The notes under the pieces were generated by a model that was not told the origin of the DNA, did no database searches, and worked only from the letters and a program-made list of their open reading frames with translations. From positions 1 to 64,000 of IMG/VR virus record IMGVR_UViG_2595698880_000001: 64,000 nucleotides of DNA; one strand, written 5' to 3'. Made by a program: the position numbers and the translations under genes. Below are positions 8,057-17,657 of the stretch, piece by piece (the stretch's first letter is position 1; each line of letters starts with the position of its first letter). This DNA comes from a virus (taxonomy: Duplodnaviria > Caudoviricetes).

Positions 8057-8756
8057 CGAATTCTTAGATCAGATCGAAGAGTTCAATTCAGTTAATGAAA
8101 AGGTTCTCTTCTGTCAAAGCATTATCGAAAATTCTTCAAACGATGAAGTTGTAAAATCGGCTCAATCTTTCCTAGATTACACTAGAGATTGGGCTGTTTC
8201 TATGATTGAAAAGATTAAAGAAGGCGATGAAAATGCTTTTGACGAACTAATTAACGTTAAAGATATGCGAAACTTCATCCATCATTATGCTTATCATATC
8301 GATAAATTTCATCACTTTAATTTTGATACAAATGAAATTGTTAACGAAATCGTTGTACAAATGTTTTATCACGTTAAAAAGAATTACCGTATTTATCACG
8401 AACCGCATGAATTAAGTTTGCTTATTGTAAGTATGCGCGGCTGGATCAGACAAAAGGTTTCTAAAATTCTTGTTGATAACAATGTAGCTGATAGCCATGA
8501 AGAATTTAACGAACGATCTGTTTCTGAAAAATGGAAAGATGAATCAGATATTACCCTGGAAGAAGTTTTAGAAAAGTGTCTAACCGATGATGAAAGAATC
8601 ATTTTTGATTTACGCTTTCATGATGATTTAACATTCGTGAAGATGGGCGAACAAATGGGTAAGAGTAAAGACACTATGCAGCGGAAATATCTTGCTATTA
8701 TAGACAAAATAAAGAATTATTTGGAAAAAGTTAGTGATAAGGAGTGGTTAGTATGA
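8046..8756 (+). CDS. Phage sigma-70-family factor (divergent; candidate late sigma)
   Basis: C-terminal region-4 HTH LTDDERIIFDLRFHDDLTFVKMGEQMGKSKDTM; start uncertain (7962 is also in frame). Confidence 0.7.
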   Translation: MTINEFLDQIEEFNSVNEKVLFCQSIIENSSNDEVVKSAQSFLDYTRDWAVSMIEKIKEGDENAFDELINVKDMRNFIHHYAYHIDKFHHFNFDTNEIVNEIVVQMFYHVKKNYRIYHEPHELSLLIVSMRGWIRQKVSKILVDNNVADSHEEFNERSVSEKWKDESDITLEEVLEKCLTDDERIIFDLRFHDDLTFVKMGEQMGKSKDTMQRKYLAIIDKIKNYLEKVSDKEWLV

Positions 8757-9235
8757 AATTGGAAAAATTATTTGCTTTACAAAGTCAACTAGATGAACAT
8801 ATAATAAAAACTAAGAAGTTGACTAAAAGCCAACAAATGACCGATAAAAAGGTTATTGCGTTCAAGGTTGAATTTGGTGAATTCTTGAATGAGGTTAAGG
8901 ACTTCAAGTTTTGGAGCAACAAACCAATGTCAGAAAAGGAAGTAGTTTTGGAAGAATTTGTAGACGGTATACATTTCTTGCTTACAGTAGCCCTGGATAG
9001 AAAGTATGATCGTTTTATCCACGAAGTTAAAGGTATCGGTTACGTAACTGTACCGCTTGATGATCTTTCATTAGGAGTATTTAACTTACCTTTGAATTCT
9101 GCTGGTGAAGTAAAGAATGCATTCGAAATGATGCTTGCTATAGCACATAAGTTAGGGTTCAGTGAAGAGGATATTCTTGCAGCTTATGATCGTAAGAATG
9201 GAATCAACCATGATCGACAAGATCAAGGATACTGA
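8753..9235 (+). CDS. dut: Dimeric (all-alpha) dUTPase
   Basis: VEFGEFLNE..FKFWS, LEEFVDGIHF, AYDRKNGINHDRQDQGY. Confidence 0.9.
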   Translation: MKLEKLFALQSQLDEHIIKTKKLTKSQQMTDKKVIAFKVEFGEFLNEVKDFKFWSNKPMSEKEVVLEEFVDGIHFLLTVALDRKYDRFIHEVKGIGYVTVPLDDLSLGVFNLPLNSAGEVKNAFEMMLAIAHKLGFSEEDILAAYDRKNGINHDRQDQGY

Positions 9236-9283
9236 ATTGTTTAACTAGTGTATACCCTTCTACAAATTTTTTTAAGCTTGTAT

Positions 9284-9312
9284 GCATATTTCTCTTAAAT
9301 TGGGATATATTA
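9284..9312 (+). promoter_or_regulatory. Putative SigF/SigG-type promoter
   Basis: GCATA-N14-GGATATATTA (SigF-like GGnnAnAnTA); can also be read as GCATA-N17-TATATTA (SigG-like). Confidence 0.45.
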
Positions 9313-9347
9313 TAAACAACTAATAAAATTTGTGGAGGGATTTTTTT

Positions 9348-9968
9348 ATGAACAATACATTTGAGACAGTTGAATGGACACATGAAGAGGATGTAGAGTT
9401 AGGAGAAGTGATGTTACAAGTTATTGCTGATGGTGGAACTGTAAGAGAAGGGTTTGAAAAATACGCCAATCAGTCAGAAGTCAGAACTGTTACAGCTTCT
9501 AAATTTAGATTCTTTAGTGTAGTGAAAAAGTTGGAAGGGTATGAAGAAAGATACGAAAAAGCAAGAATTAAAGGTGAAACATTAAGAAAAGGTAAGAAGA
9601 ATAAAGTGAAAGTAAAACCTTCTCAACAATTAAATATCTTTGATGAAAATTACGTTGTGAAACCTGAAGACTTTTTAACACTAGCTCAAAAATTTGCTGA
9701 ACAGCAGCAAAAGCATGATCTTGAGTTGGCCCTAACCGATAAGGACAAGGAGATCAGTGAATTAAAAGATAAGGTTGAACAACTTCAATATAAATTAAAG
9801 CAAGCTAACATTGACATAGATGATTTAAAAGTACAATTGGATGATAAGACAGAACAATTAAAAATAATCTCAACAGCTTTTGGAATGATTAATAACATCC
9901 AGGAGAATGAAAAAGAAAATATAAAGCCTTACAAAATTGATAAAAACAGCATGGTAGTGACAAGTTAA
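9348..9968 (+). CDS. rsfA: RsfA/YlbO-family transcriptional regulator
   Basis: WTHEEDVELGEVMLQVIADGGTVREGFE...RTVTASKFRF Myb-like N-terminus plus coiled-coil C-terminus. Confidence 0.75.
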   Translation: MNNTFETVEWTHEEDVELGEVMLQVIADGGTVREGFEKYANQSEVRTVTASKFRFFSVVKKLEGYEERYEKARIKGETLRKGKKNKVKVKPSQQLNIFDENYVVKPEDFLTLAQKFAEQQQKHDLELALTDKDKEISELKDKVEQLQYKLKQANIDIDDLKVQLDDKTEQLKIISTAFGMINNIQENEKENIKPYKIDKNSMVVTS

Positions 9969-9999
9969 GTCCTCTTCCTTCTTGGGAGGGGCTTTTTTT
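9967..9999 (+). terminator. Intrinsic terminator
   Basis: GTCCTCTTCC/GGGAGGGGC stem followed by a T run. Confidence 0.8.
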
Positions 10000-10008
10000 A
10001 TTTGTGTA

Positions 10009-10038
10009 CATAAAAAAGTACAACACTTTTGTATTAAT
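10009..10038 (+). promoter_or_regulatory. Putative phage late promoter
   Basis: CATAAA-N16-GTATTAAT. Confidence 0.65.
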
Positions 10039-10069
10039 GGTTGTAACTATTAATTAAAGGTGGTGTATT

Positions 10070-10342
10070 GTGGTGGAATGTGAAGTGTTCAGAACAAAAG
10101 AGGAAGAATTTAGAGCTTCTTTGCAAAGTTGGGGTGAGGATGATAACCGCCCATTCATTCGTGTAAAAGAAAATAAAAGACAGGATGCTATTGACTACAA
10201 ACTGAAGCATAAAAGAATCCTGGAAGAAAAATTAGAAGTGGCTAGGATTACAGGAGATAGTCTTGACAACATTAATTTAATTGGTGCTTTTGGTGATGTA
10301 TATTCAAATATAGGAAACATAAGAGAATTTGGAGGTAAGTAA
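10070..10342 (+). CDS. Hypothetical protein
   Basis: 90 aa; SD AAAGGTGGTG. Confidence 0.65.
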   Translation: MVECEVFRTKEEEFRASLQSWGEDDNRPFIRVKENKRQDAIDYKLKHKRILEEKLEVARITGDSLDNINLIGAFGDVYSNIGNIREFGGK

Positions 10343-10343
10343 A

Positions 10344-11105
10344 ATGAAATATCTTGAAGGTAAAATAAAAAACAAACCACAAAATTTACATGTTGTTTTG
10401 ATGAATGATATTCACATCGGATCAGAAGCACTTGACTACGATTTTTTAAAAAGGGTTTTTAAATTCATTGATGAAAACCGTGAAAACACTCGTATCTTGA
10501 TTAATGGAGATATTTTTGAAATGGTTACAAAACAATCGAAAGGTGATCTTTTCGAACAGACATTATCACCTGAACAACAAATCGATAAAGCTGTAGAATT
10601 ATTCAAACCGTATGCTGATTTAATTGATTGTGTAACATCAGGAAACCATGACCAAAGATTACAGAACGAAACAAGTATTGATCCTGTAAGAATGTTTTGT
10701 CGATACTTAGGAATCGAAGATCGTTATGCTGGATACGAAGCTATTGTAGGGTTTTCTTTCAGAAAGAAATTGTACACGGTTTATCAATTCCACGGCGCTA
10801 ATGGCGGTTCAACAGTAGCAGCTATCGAACGCAACATGAAGAAATACAAAGAGAAGTCAAATGCTCATATCGTTTACACTGGACATTGGCACAAACAATT
10901 TTCTAAGCCTTTGAAATTCTTTTCTTTCGATCCTTATAATAAAGTTATTCGTGAAGAAAAGCATTGGTTAGTTTGCGGAAATACTTGTGTTCAAACCGCT
11001 AAGTACGCTAAGAAGTTCGGTTACGAAGAATCATTTCCTTCTCAAGCTGTATTGACTCTTTCAGGTTCAGGAAGAAAAAATGTTGATGTAAATTGGATAT
11101 ATTAG
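10344..11105 (+). CDS. Calcineurin-like metallophosphoesterase
   Basis: DIHIG, NGD, GNHD, FHG and GHWH motifs. Confidence 0.9.
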   Translation: MKYLEGKIKNKPQNLHVVLMNDIHIGSEALDYDFLKRVFKFIDENRENTRILINGDIFEMVTKQSKGDLFEQTLSPEQQIDKAVELFKPYADLIDCVTSGNHDQRLQNETSIDPVRMFCRYLGIEDRYAGYEAIVGFSFRKKLYTVYQFHGANGGSTVAAIERNMKKYKEKSNAHIVYTGHWHKQFSKPLKFFSFDPYNKVIREEKHWLVCGNTCVQTAKYAKKFGYEESFPSQAVLTLSGSGRKNVDVNWIY

Positions 11106-11152
11106 GTTTCACACCTCCTAGTTATGCCTATGATAATATAGGAGGTGGTTTT

Positions 11153-11659
11153 GTGCATAAAGAATTGTTATGTGCATGGGATAAAATTAATACAAACGCG
11201 GTTCAATTGAAGGTTAAGGTAAGTGAGAAAGGTTGTCATGAAGTAATAAGTCATAAAGTCGAAAGTAAAGGTTATTTCCTTATAAGCAGAAATGGCAAAC
11301 GTTATAAAGCTCACAGATATTCATATATGGTTAATCACGGCGAAATACCTAAAGGTTTAGTGGTTCGTCACAAATGCGACAATCACCTTTGCATCAATCC
11401 TGAACACCTGGAATTAGGAACTATAAAGGATAATGTTAGAGATATGATTGAAAGAGGTAGGGCTAAAGGGATTCACCTTGACCAAAAGGGAGAATGTAAT
11501 GCACAAGCTAAATTAAAACTCGACGATGTTATTTTTATTAAGTCGAATTTAGATATACCTAACAAAATCTTAGCTAATAAGTTTGATGTTAAAGCTGAAC
11601 AAATCAGAAGGATCAAAAACGGTGAACGTTGGGGGCATGTAGTTATCTCCCAGGATTAA
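11153..11659 (+). mobile_element. Free-standing HNH homing endonuclease
   Basis: KAHR...VVRHKCDNHLCINPEHLELGTIKDNVRD; GTG start after SD AGGAGGTG. Confidence 0.9.
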
Positions 11660-11900
11660 CCACGATTATTAAAGTTATATTACATTTTTGGAAAAACCGA
11701 GAAATAGGTACAACTTTATGGTATTTTAATTATAGATTATTTTATATTATAGTTAATAATAATTAAGTTAATAACAATTAGAATTGCATTCAGCAATCGA
11801 AAATCAAAAGATTTCCGATATAGTTATTAAGTAATTAAAGTTAAAGTAAATGTTATTAAATATATATAATAGTCAATAATAACGATAGGGGAAAGACAAC

Positions 11901-12527
11901 ATGAAAAAACTTACACAAGTCGGTATCATATCGTCTGTACTACTAAGTTTCGGTTTTGCTGCTAATGCTGAAGCTTCAGAAACACACACTGTTAGAAGCG
12001 GTGATACAATGAATAAAATCGCAGCTGCTAATGGTATGGGACTGGATCAGCTAGTCGCTAAGAATCCACAAATTCCAAATCCTAATATGATTTATGTAGG
12101 ACAAGCTGTAAATGTAGGAGAACAAACTTCTGTTCCTGCTGCTACAACCACTACAACTTCTTCAGGTGGTATTTCTTCCAGTGAAAAAGATTTAATGGCA
12201 CGTTTGGTTAGAGCTGAAGCTCAAGGAGAACCATACGCCGGTAAAGTAGCTGTAGCAACAGTTATTCTAAATCGTGTTTCTAATGCTGATTTTCCTAATA
12301 CAATCAGTGGAGTAATTAATCAACCTGGACAGTTCTCACCTGTTTCTAATGGTCAGATTAACAAAGCTGCTGATAATGATTCAGTTAGGGCCGTTAATGA
12401 AGCTATTGCTAATAGAGGTCAAGGTGCTGGATCACTTTTCTTCTATAATCCGAAAACAAGCACGAATACATGGATTACACATCGTCCGGTTACTGTAGTA
12501 ATCGCTAATCATACGTTTGCTAAATAA
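11901..12527 (+). CDS. Secreted LysM + SleB-type (Hydrolase_2) cell-wall hydrolase
   Basis: Signal peptide; LysM HTVRSGDTM...NPQIPNPNMIYVGQ; LMARLVRAEAQGEPYAGKVAVATVILNRV...QFSPV. Confidence 0.9.
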   Translation: MKKLTQVGIISSVLLSFGFAANAEASETHTVRSGDTMNKIAAANGMGLDQLVAKNPQIPNPNMIYVGQAVNVGEQTSVPAATTTTTSSGGISSSEKDLMARLVRAEAQGEPYAGKVAVATVILNRVSNADFPNTISGVINQPGQFSPVSNGQINKAADNDSVRAVNEAIANRGQGAGSLFFYNPKTSTNTWITHRPVTVVIANHTFAK

Positions 12528-12580
12528 TAGATGATCTTTAGTTGAACCGAACTTATGTTTGAACGACTAAAGTTGAACTT

Positions 12581-12643
12581 GATAAAAATTCCCAACGTAC
12601 AGGTATTAATCTTTATAGATTAACGCTTGTGCGTTTTTATTTT
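12581..12643 (+). promoter_or_regulatory. Putative late promoter embedded in a terminator hairpin
   Basis: GATAAA-N16-GTATTAAT; stem 12594-12603/12626-12635 followed by a T-rich tract. Confidence 0.7.
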
Positions 12644-12662
12644 GTTCAAAGGAGTGAATTAT

Positions 12663-13532
12663 ATGAGTGAAAATAATTTCCAGGTCTTTCTTACTAGGGA
12701 TGACAAAGAATTCAAAACAAATGTCACACTAGGTAAAGTCAACACAAAAGATTATGATTTGGAACTGCTGGAATTAGCTGAACAACGTGTACAGAAAGGT
12801 ACGAATAAGTCTATTGAAACAGCACTCAAAAGCCTTGTTCATTTAAAGAAAGGTAAAGCTTCTATTGGTAGAAAGTCTGATCCAAATGAGCTTGAGCTTG
12901 ATGAATATGGTTTGCATCCCGACTTATACACACCTCAACAAATTAGTTTGATTAGAAAAATCATTGAATCGTATTACGCAACAGCTGATGTTTCTACACC
13001 TTTCCAACAATCAGGTGTAATTCGTTTAGCGAAACTTGAAGCTAACATTGCTGAAGTCGAAATTCTTGTTGCTAAGAAAAAATTAAAAGAAGATATCGAA
13101 AAACTTGAGAAATTAAATGCGATGCACCTTAAACTGTCAGATAGTTTGAAATTAACAACCAAACAAGCTTCTGATGGTGCTAAAGGTGAAGACATTCTTT
13201 CTAATGCTTGTATCGCATTTGAAGAAACATTCGCTAATGATAAATTCGAATTCCCTAGCATTGAATTAAGGGATCGTTTGCAAGAAGTTCTCATTTCAAA
13301 AGCTGATCTTATCGTAAAACTCATTGGTGAGTCCAAAACTTACTACCATTTCAAAAAGGCATTAATTGAAAGTACCGGCCTGGAAATGTCCGATGCAGAA
13401 GATATTGGTGAGTTTACAATCGCTGAATTATTTGATTGCTTTAAAATTTTTGAAGATAGACAAATGATCGAAAACAAAAACGAAGTCACTTATGATGATT
13501 CTATCGTCCATCGCAAAGATGAAGGGTTGTGA
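12663..13532 (+). CDS. Probable terminase small subunit
   Basis: Helical protein immediately upstream of the large terminase; positional inference. Confidence 0.5.
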   Translation: MSENNFQVFLTRDDKEFKTNVTLGKVNTKDYDLELLELAEQRVQKGTNKSIETALKSLVHLKKGKASIGRKSDPNELELDEYGLHPDLYTPQQISLIRKIIESYYATADVSTPFQQSGVIRLAKLEANIAEVEILVAKKKLKEDIEKLEKLNAMHLKLSDSLKLTTKQASDGAKGEDILSNACIAFEETFANDKFEFPSIELRDRLQEVLISKADLIVKLIGESKTYYHFKKALIESTGLEMSDAEDIGEFTIAELFDCFKIFEDRQMIENKNEVTYDDSIVHRKDEGL

Positions 13533-13536
13533 TTGA

Positions 13537-15183
13537 ATGCGTAGAATAACAATGGACTATAACCCTAGTCCTTTAAATAAGAATCGAAGACAATACATTC
13601 GTGATTTCCGTAAAGGTGTAAGAAAGCAGCACGTCGATTATATTGATCTTATTTGGTATTATCGTGAACATCCTGTAGAAGCTTGTCAAGATTTACTGAA
13701 GATCAATCTAATGCCATATCAGAAAGAAATCCTTCGTAAAAGTTGGGGTAAAGCTTTCCCATTGTGGGTAATGTCTCGTGGTAGCGGTAAATCATATTTA
13801 GCTGCTATTGATATGGGCCTTAACGTTCTTTTATTCCCACGTATGCGTGTAGGGATTATAGCGCCTTCTTATCGTCAATCAAAATTCTTGTTCTTGAAAT
13901 TTAAAGAAGAAGTTTATGATCGTTCGCCGCTGATCCGCAAGCAATGTGTTAAAGCTCCATCTACAGGTATGGAACAGTGTATCGTTCACTTTAAAAACGG
14001 TTCTTTCATCCAGGCTTTACCGTTTGGTGCAAATAGTGGCGGTGCTAATATCCGTGGTCAACGTTATAACTTAGTTTACGTAGATGAATATGCTGCAATT
14101 GATGAACATATCGTACGTCTAGTTGTAGAACCGATGTTAACAGTTAAACGTAACTTCGATCCTAACAATCCTGAAGCTTCAGATTCAAACAGAATCGTTA
14201 TTTTCTCTTCAGCATACTATACGTTCAATCACTTCTATAACACCACACAACGCTATTTAAACCGCGTTAAAAACGGTGATGATGACTACTATGTTGCTAT
14301 CGTAGATTACCGTATGCCATTGAAGTACGGATTGTATGATGAAAAGGCTATTGCAAAGGCGAAACGCGATAATACTGAAGGAGATTTCTTGATGGAGTAC
14401 GCTTCTGTATTCCAGGCTGAATCAATGGGAACATGGATACCAACATCATTATTTGACAGAAAGATCGTATTCGATCAGAACCTTGAACCTATGACTGAAG
14501 GTAATCCAAATAAAAAGTATTGGCTGCTTTGTGACTTCTCTATCTCAAAAGCTGATACCGCTGATAATACAACGTTCCTTGTAGCTGAATACGAAGAGTC
14601 CGGACAAGCTAAGATAGTTAGTCTGAAGGCTCAAAAAGGTATGGAGCTTCATGAAATTCATGCTGAAATCCGCGACATTTACAGACGTTTCAATTTAACA
14701 AACGTTACGATGGATGGTGAGAAATTAGGTCTAGCTATCAAAGGTTATTTAGGCCAACCGTACATTTGCCCAAAAACAGGTGTTGAAATGCCGCCTATGA
14801 TCGATGTAGAAGATGCTAAACATCAACCTGATATCGTCGGTGACAAAATCCTTAACCTGATTAGACATAGCAGCGAACTTAACCACATTCTAGGTCTATC
14901 AGCTAAACGTATGGTGGAGCAAGGTAAATTAATTATGCCTGTTCTTCAAGATCGTCACGAAGAAACAGAAATTGAAATGATGTTCCTGGATATGATTGCT
15001 CTCAAGAAAGAAGTTACAAACATCAAAGCTGTTCCTAATGGAATGTATTACAAATTTGAACAAGAAAAGAATTCAGGTCTGAAACGTGATAGATGGACGG
15101 TTTTTTCTTACCTTTGTAAAACGCTTGAGGATCATTTAAACAAAGAAGATGAAGAATTTTTCTACTTAGATGTTATTTCTTGA
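13537..15183 (+). CDS. terL: Terminase large subunit
   Basis: Walker A SRGSGKS, Walker B LVYVDE, C-terminal RNase H-like acidic motifs. Confidence 0.93.
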   Translation: MRRITMDYNPSPLNKNRRQYIRDFRKGVRKQHVDYIDLIWYYREHPVEACQDLLKINLMPYQKEILRKSWGKAFPLWVMSRGSGKSYLAAIDMGLNVLLFPRMRVGIIAPSYRQSKFLFLKFKEEVYDRSPLIRKQCVKAPSTGMEQCIVHFKNGSFIQALPFGANSGGANIRGQRYNLVYVDEYAAIDEHIVRLVVEPMLTVKRNFDPNNPEASDSNRIVIFSSAYYTFNHFYNTTQRYLNRVKNGDDDYYVAIVDYRMPLKYGLYDEKAIAKAKRDNTEGDFLMEYASVFQAESMGTWIPTSLFDRKIVFDQNLEPMTEGNPNKKYWLLCDFSISKADTADNTTFLVAEYEESGQAKIVSLKAQKGMELHEIHAEIRDIYRRFNLTNVTMDGEKLGLAIKGYLGQPYICPKTGVEMPPMIDVEDAKHQPDIVGDKILNLIRHSSELNHILGLSAKRMVEQGKLIMPVLQDRHEETEIEMMFLDMIALKKEVTNIKAVPNGMYYKFEQEKNSGLKRDRWTVFSYLCKTLEDHLNKEDEEFFYLDVIS

Positions 15184-15211
15184 GAAATTTGGTACAAACC
15201 GCTGTATTAAT
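15182..15211 (+). promoter_or_regulatory. Putative phage late promoter
   Basis: GAGAAA-N16-GTATTAAT. Confidence 0.7.
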
Positions 15212-15247
15212 GACTTTAGTTAAGCGGATAGAAGGGAGGTTAGATGT

Positions 15248-16600
15248 TTGGAAGAAGAATTAGCAAATGGAAGTTATAAACCCAAACTACCTGATACAAT
15301 CGCTTCTCACGATAAAGAAGGCTATGATCGAATTGCTTCTGTATCTAATGTTAAATACGAAAGCAACGAATTACTAGCTGATTATCAAAACAACTTCAAG
15401 AAAATTGTTCAATTGGCCCACTTCTACACCGATAAGGTAGGTGTTATCAAATCAGCTATTCGTGTTTATGTAACGTTTACTGCTGGTGACATCGTTTTAG
15501 ATGGTGGACAAAAGAAAAACCTTGAGTTTATAGAAGAATTCAATAAGAAGGTTAAAATGAATAAGGTTGTTCGTCAATCTACTCAAGACCTTTACAAAAC
15601 TGGAAACTTCTTTTGGTATCGTGAGACTGAAGGAAGTGAAACCGTTTGGATTCATCAATTCGCGCCAATCGATACTAACTTAAAGGGCCATCGTCGAGAT
15701 CGTCCAATTATGACAGTAAGTTTAAATACTGATCCGGAAACTATCCCACCAGGACTTACACGTAATGCTTTAGGTGAGTATAGCGTACCAATCGAAAAAG
15801 CTTACCATTGTGCTATTGATCGTGAAGCCTATACACGATACGGAAAAACAATTCTAACTCCCACATTCGAACCGGTTCAACACATGCAGGATTTGATGGA
15901 TATGGAGAAAGAAACTGTAAAAGAAGTTGTTGAATTCTTAATCATCTTTACTTTAGGTGACAAAGATCGTCCAGCTGGTGAAAAGCAATTAACACAGTTA
16001 AGCGAAAAAGTTAAGAATCTCAAGTCAACTTCACGTCTAGTTGGTAATCACACTTTGAAAGCTGAAGCAATTAAGCCTGACTTAGCTGTTTTCAATCCTG
16101 AAAAGTATGAAGTGCCAATGCAGATGTTACTACAGTCACTAGGAATTGTCCCTTCTATTTTCACTGGTGAAGGCTCATATGCAACAAGTTCTGTTGGTAT
16201 GCAGAGTGCTAAACAGACAATGGAATCAGCAAGGAAAGAAATTGTTGAAGCATTGACTGATTTATATAGAGACGTTGCGAAAGAAGCAGGATTAAATCCT
16301 GACAAAAATCCAACAGTTTCACTAGGATCAATTGCACTTAATGATGAAAAAATCAAACATGCTATTCTTCGTGATCTATACCTTGATGGTATCATTTCTG
16401 CTGAAACATATGCAGCTGAAAGTGGTTACGATTTAGAACATGAGCAAATGGAAATTAAAGATGAAAACAGCAAGTTTGACATTCAACCACGTCAAATGTC
16501 TTCTACCCTTTCTAATAAAGATGGTGGTAGACCTGAAGAGGATGGAGAAGTCAACAAGCCTGACCAAAGTAAGAAACCTTCATCTGATGGTATGGACTAA
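15248..16600 (+). CDS. Portal protein
   Basis: 450 aa after TerL; GNFFWY, YGKTIL and C-terminal GGRP motifs. Confidence 0.8.
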   Translation: MEEELANGSYKPKLPDTIASHDKEGYDRIASVSNVKYESNELLADYQNNFKKIVQLAHFYTDKVGVIKSAIRVYVTFTAGDIVLDGGQKKNLEFIEEFNKKVKMNKVVRQSTQDLYKTGNFFWYRETEGSETVWIHQFAPIDTNLKGHRRDRPIMTVSLNTDPETIPPGLTRNALGEYSVPIEKAYHCAIDREAYTRYGKTILTPTFEPVQHMQDLMDMEKETVKEVVEFLIIFTLGDKDRPAGEKQLTQLSEKVKNLKSTSRLVGNHTLKAEAIKPDLAVFNPEKYEVPMQMLLQSLGIVPSIFTGEGSYATSSVGMQSAKQTMESARKEIVEALTDLYRDVAKEAGLNPDKNPTVSLGSIALNDEKIKHAILRDLYLDGIISAETYAAESGYDLEHEQMEIKDENSKFDIQPRQMSSTLSNKDGGRPEEDGEVNKPDQSKKPSSDGMD

Positions 16601-16619
16601 TGAAGGGAGGTGAACGAAA

Positions 16620-17639
16620 TTGAAAGTGTTTCGTAATAGAGTTAATAAGTTTGAATTGGCAAATAACAAAGAGCACATTGACATTAAATACATTTTAGCA
16701 AGTTCTGTACCAAACTTCAACGGTGCTTTGTTCACTGAAGATGAATTAGCAACTGCTGAAAAAACAATCGTCAATGAACCGCTTATTATCGTTCCTTCCT
16801 TCATCAATTTACCTACTGGACATTCCGTAACAGACTTTCCTAAGTTGGGTGATGATGCAAAAATCATCGGTACACACATCGCTTCTGAACTTCAGAAAGA
16901 CGGTGATGTAACTCACTTGGTAGCTACTGCTAGGGTTTGGAAAATCCGTCATCCTGAAATTGCTCAAGAAATGGAGCAGCTTCACAACGATGGTGAATTA
17001 TCGTTCAGCATGGAATGTCATTATAACCATTCTGAAGTTGCTGAAGGTGGAGTTAGAGCATTAAAAGGAGTTAAGTTTATTGGAAGTGCCGTGGTTGATG
17101 ATCCAGCAAATCCATTTTCTTTCTCTTTAGAAGTTGCAAGCAAAAAGAATTTAGGAGGTATTGGCATGACTTTAGAAGAAGCCCTACAAAAAATTGGTCA
17201 AATGGAAGCAGCTGCTAAAACTCAAGCTGAAGAATTAAAGAAAGCTGTAGCTGATGTTGAATTAGCTCAAAAAACAAATAAAGAATTAGAAAGTGCTAAG
17301 AAAACTCTTTCTGAAACTTTAGAAACTGCTAATAAAAATCTTGAAGCTGCTACTGAACAAGTAAAAGCATTTGAGACTGAAAAAGCAGAAAAAGAAAAAG
17401 CTGAATTAGCTGAAAAACGTTTTACTGAAATGGCTCAATTCGTTAAATTCGAAGAAGCTGAAATTGCTGCTAAAAAAGAAGGTTTCGCTGGTATGTCTGA
17501 AGATGTTTATGCTTTAGTTTTAGATACTGCTAAACGTTCTCAACCAGCTCAAGGTTCTGAATTTGCTGGTGTAACATCAGACACTAAAATTGATCTGTCA
17601 GGTTCTAAAGGTTTCCTTGACGGAATCGAAAACGACTAA
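16620..17639 (+). CDS. Prohead protease-scaffold fusion
   Basis: N-terminal LSFSME...GSAVVDDPAN; Ala/Glu/Lys coiled-coil C-terminal half. Confidence 0.75.
   Translation: MKVFRNRVNKFELANNKEHIDIKYILASSVPNFNGALFTEDELATAEKTIVNEPLIIVPSFINLPTGHSVTDFPKLGDDAKIIGTHIASELQKDGDVTHLVATARVWKIRHPEIAQEMEQLHNDGELSFSMECHYNHSEVAEGGVRALKGVKFIGSAVVDDPANPFSFSLEVASKKNLGGIGMTLEEALQKIGQMEAAAKTQAEELKKAVADVELAQKTNKELESAKKTLSETLETANKNLEAATEQVKAFETEKAEKEKAELAEKRFTEMAQFVKFEEAEIAAKKEGFAGMSEDVYALVLDTAKRSQPAQGSEFAGVTSDTKIDLSGSKGFLDGIEND
17166..17639 (+). CDS. Nested in-frame scaffolding protein
   Basis: Internal SD AGGAGGT before ATG 17166 (MTLEEALQK...) at the domain boundary. Confidence 0.65.
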   Translation: MTLEEALQKIGQMEAAAKTQAEELKKAVADVELAQKTNKELESAKKTLSETLETANKNLEAATEQVKAFETEKAEKEKAELAEKRFTEMAQFVKFEEAEIAAKKEGFAGMSEDVYALVLDTAKRSQPAQGSEFAGVTSDTKIDLSGSKGFLDGIEND

Positions 17640-17657
17640 TCAGGAGGTTAAAAAATT

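Noticed and set aside
12534-12580. Three TTGAAC copies as a mini-array
   Set aside because: Too short and irregularly spaced; better explained by an imperfect hairpin after the hydrolase stop codon.
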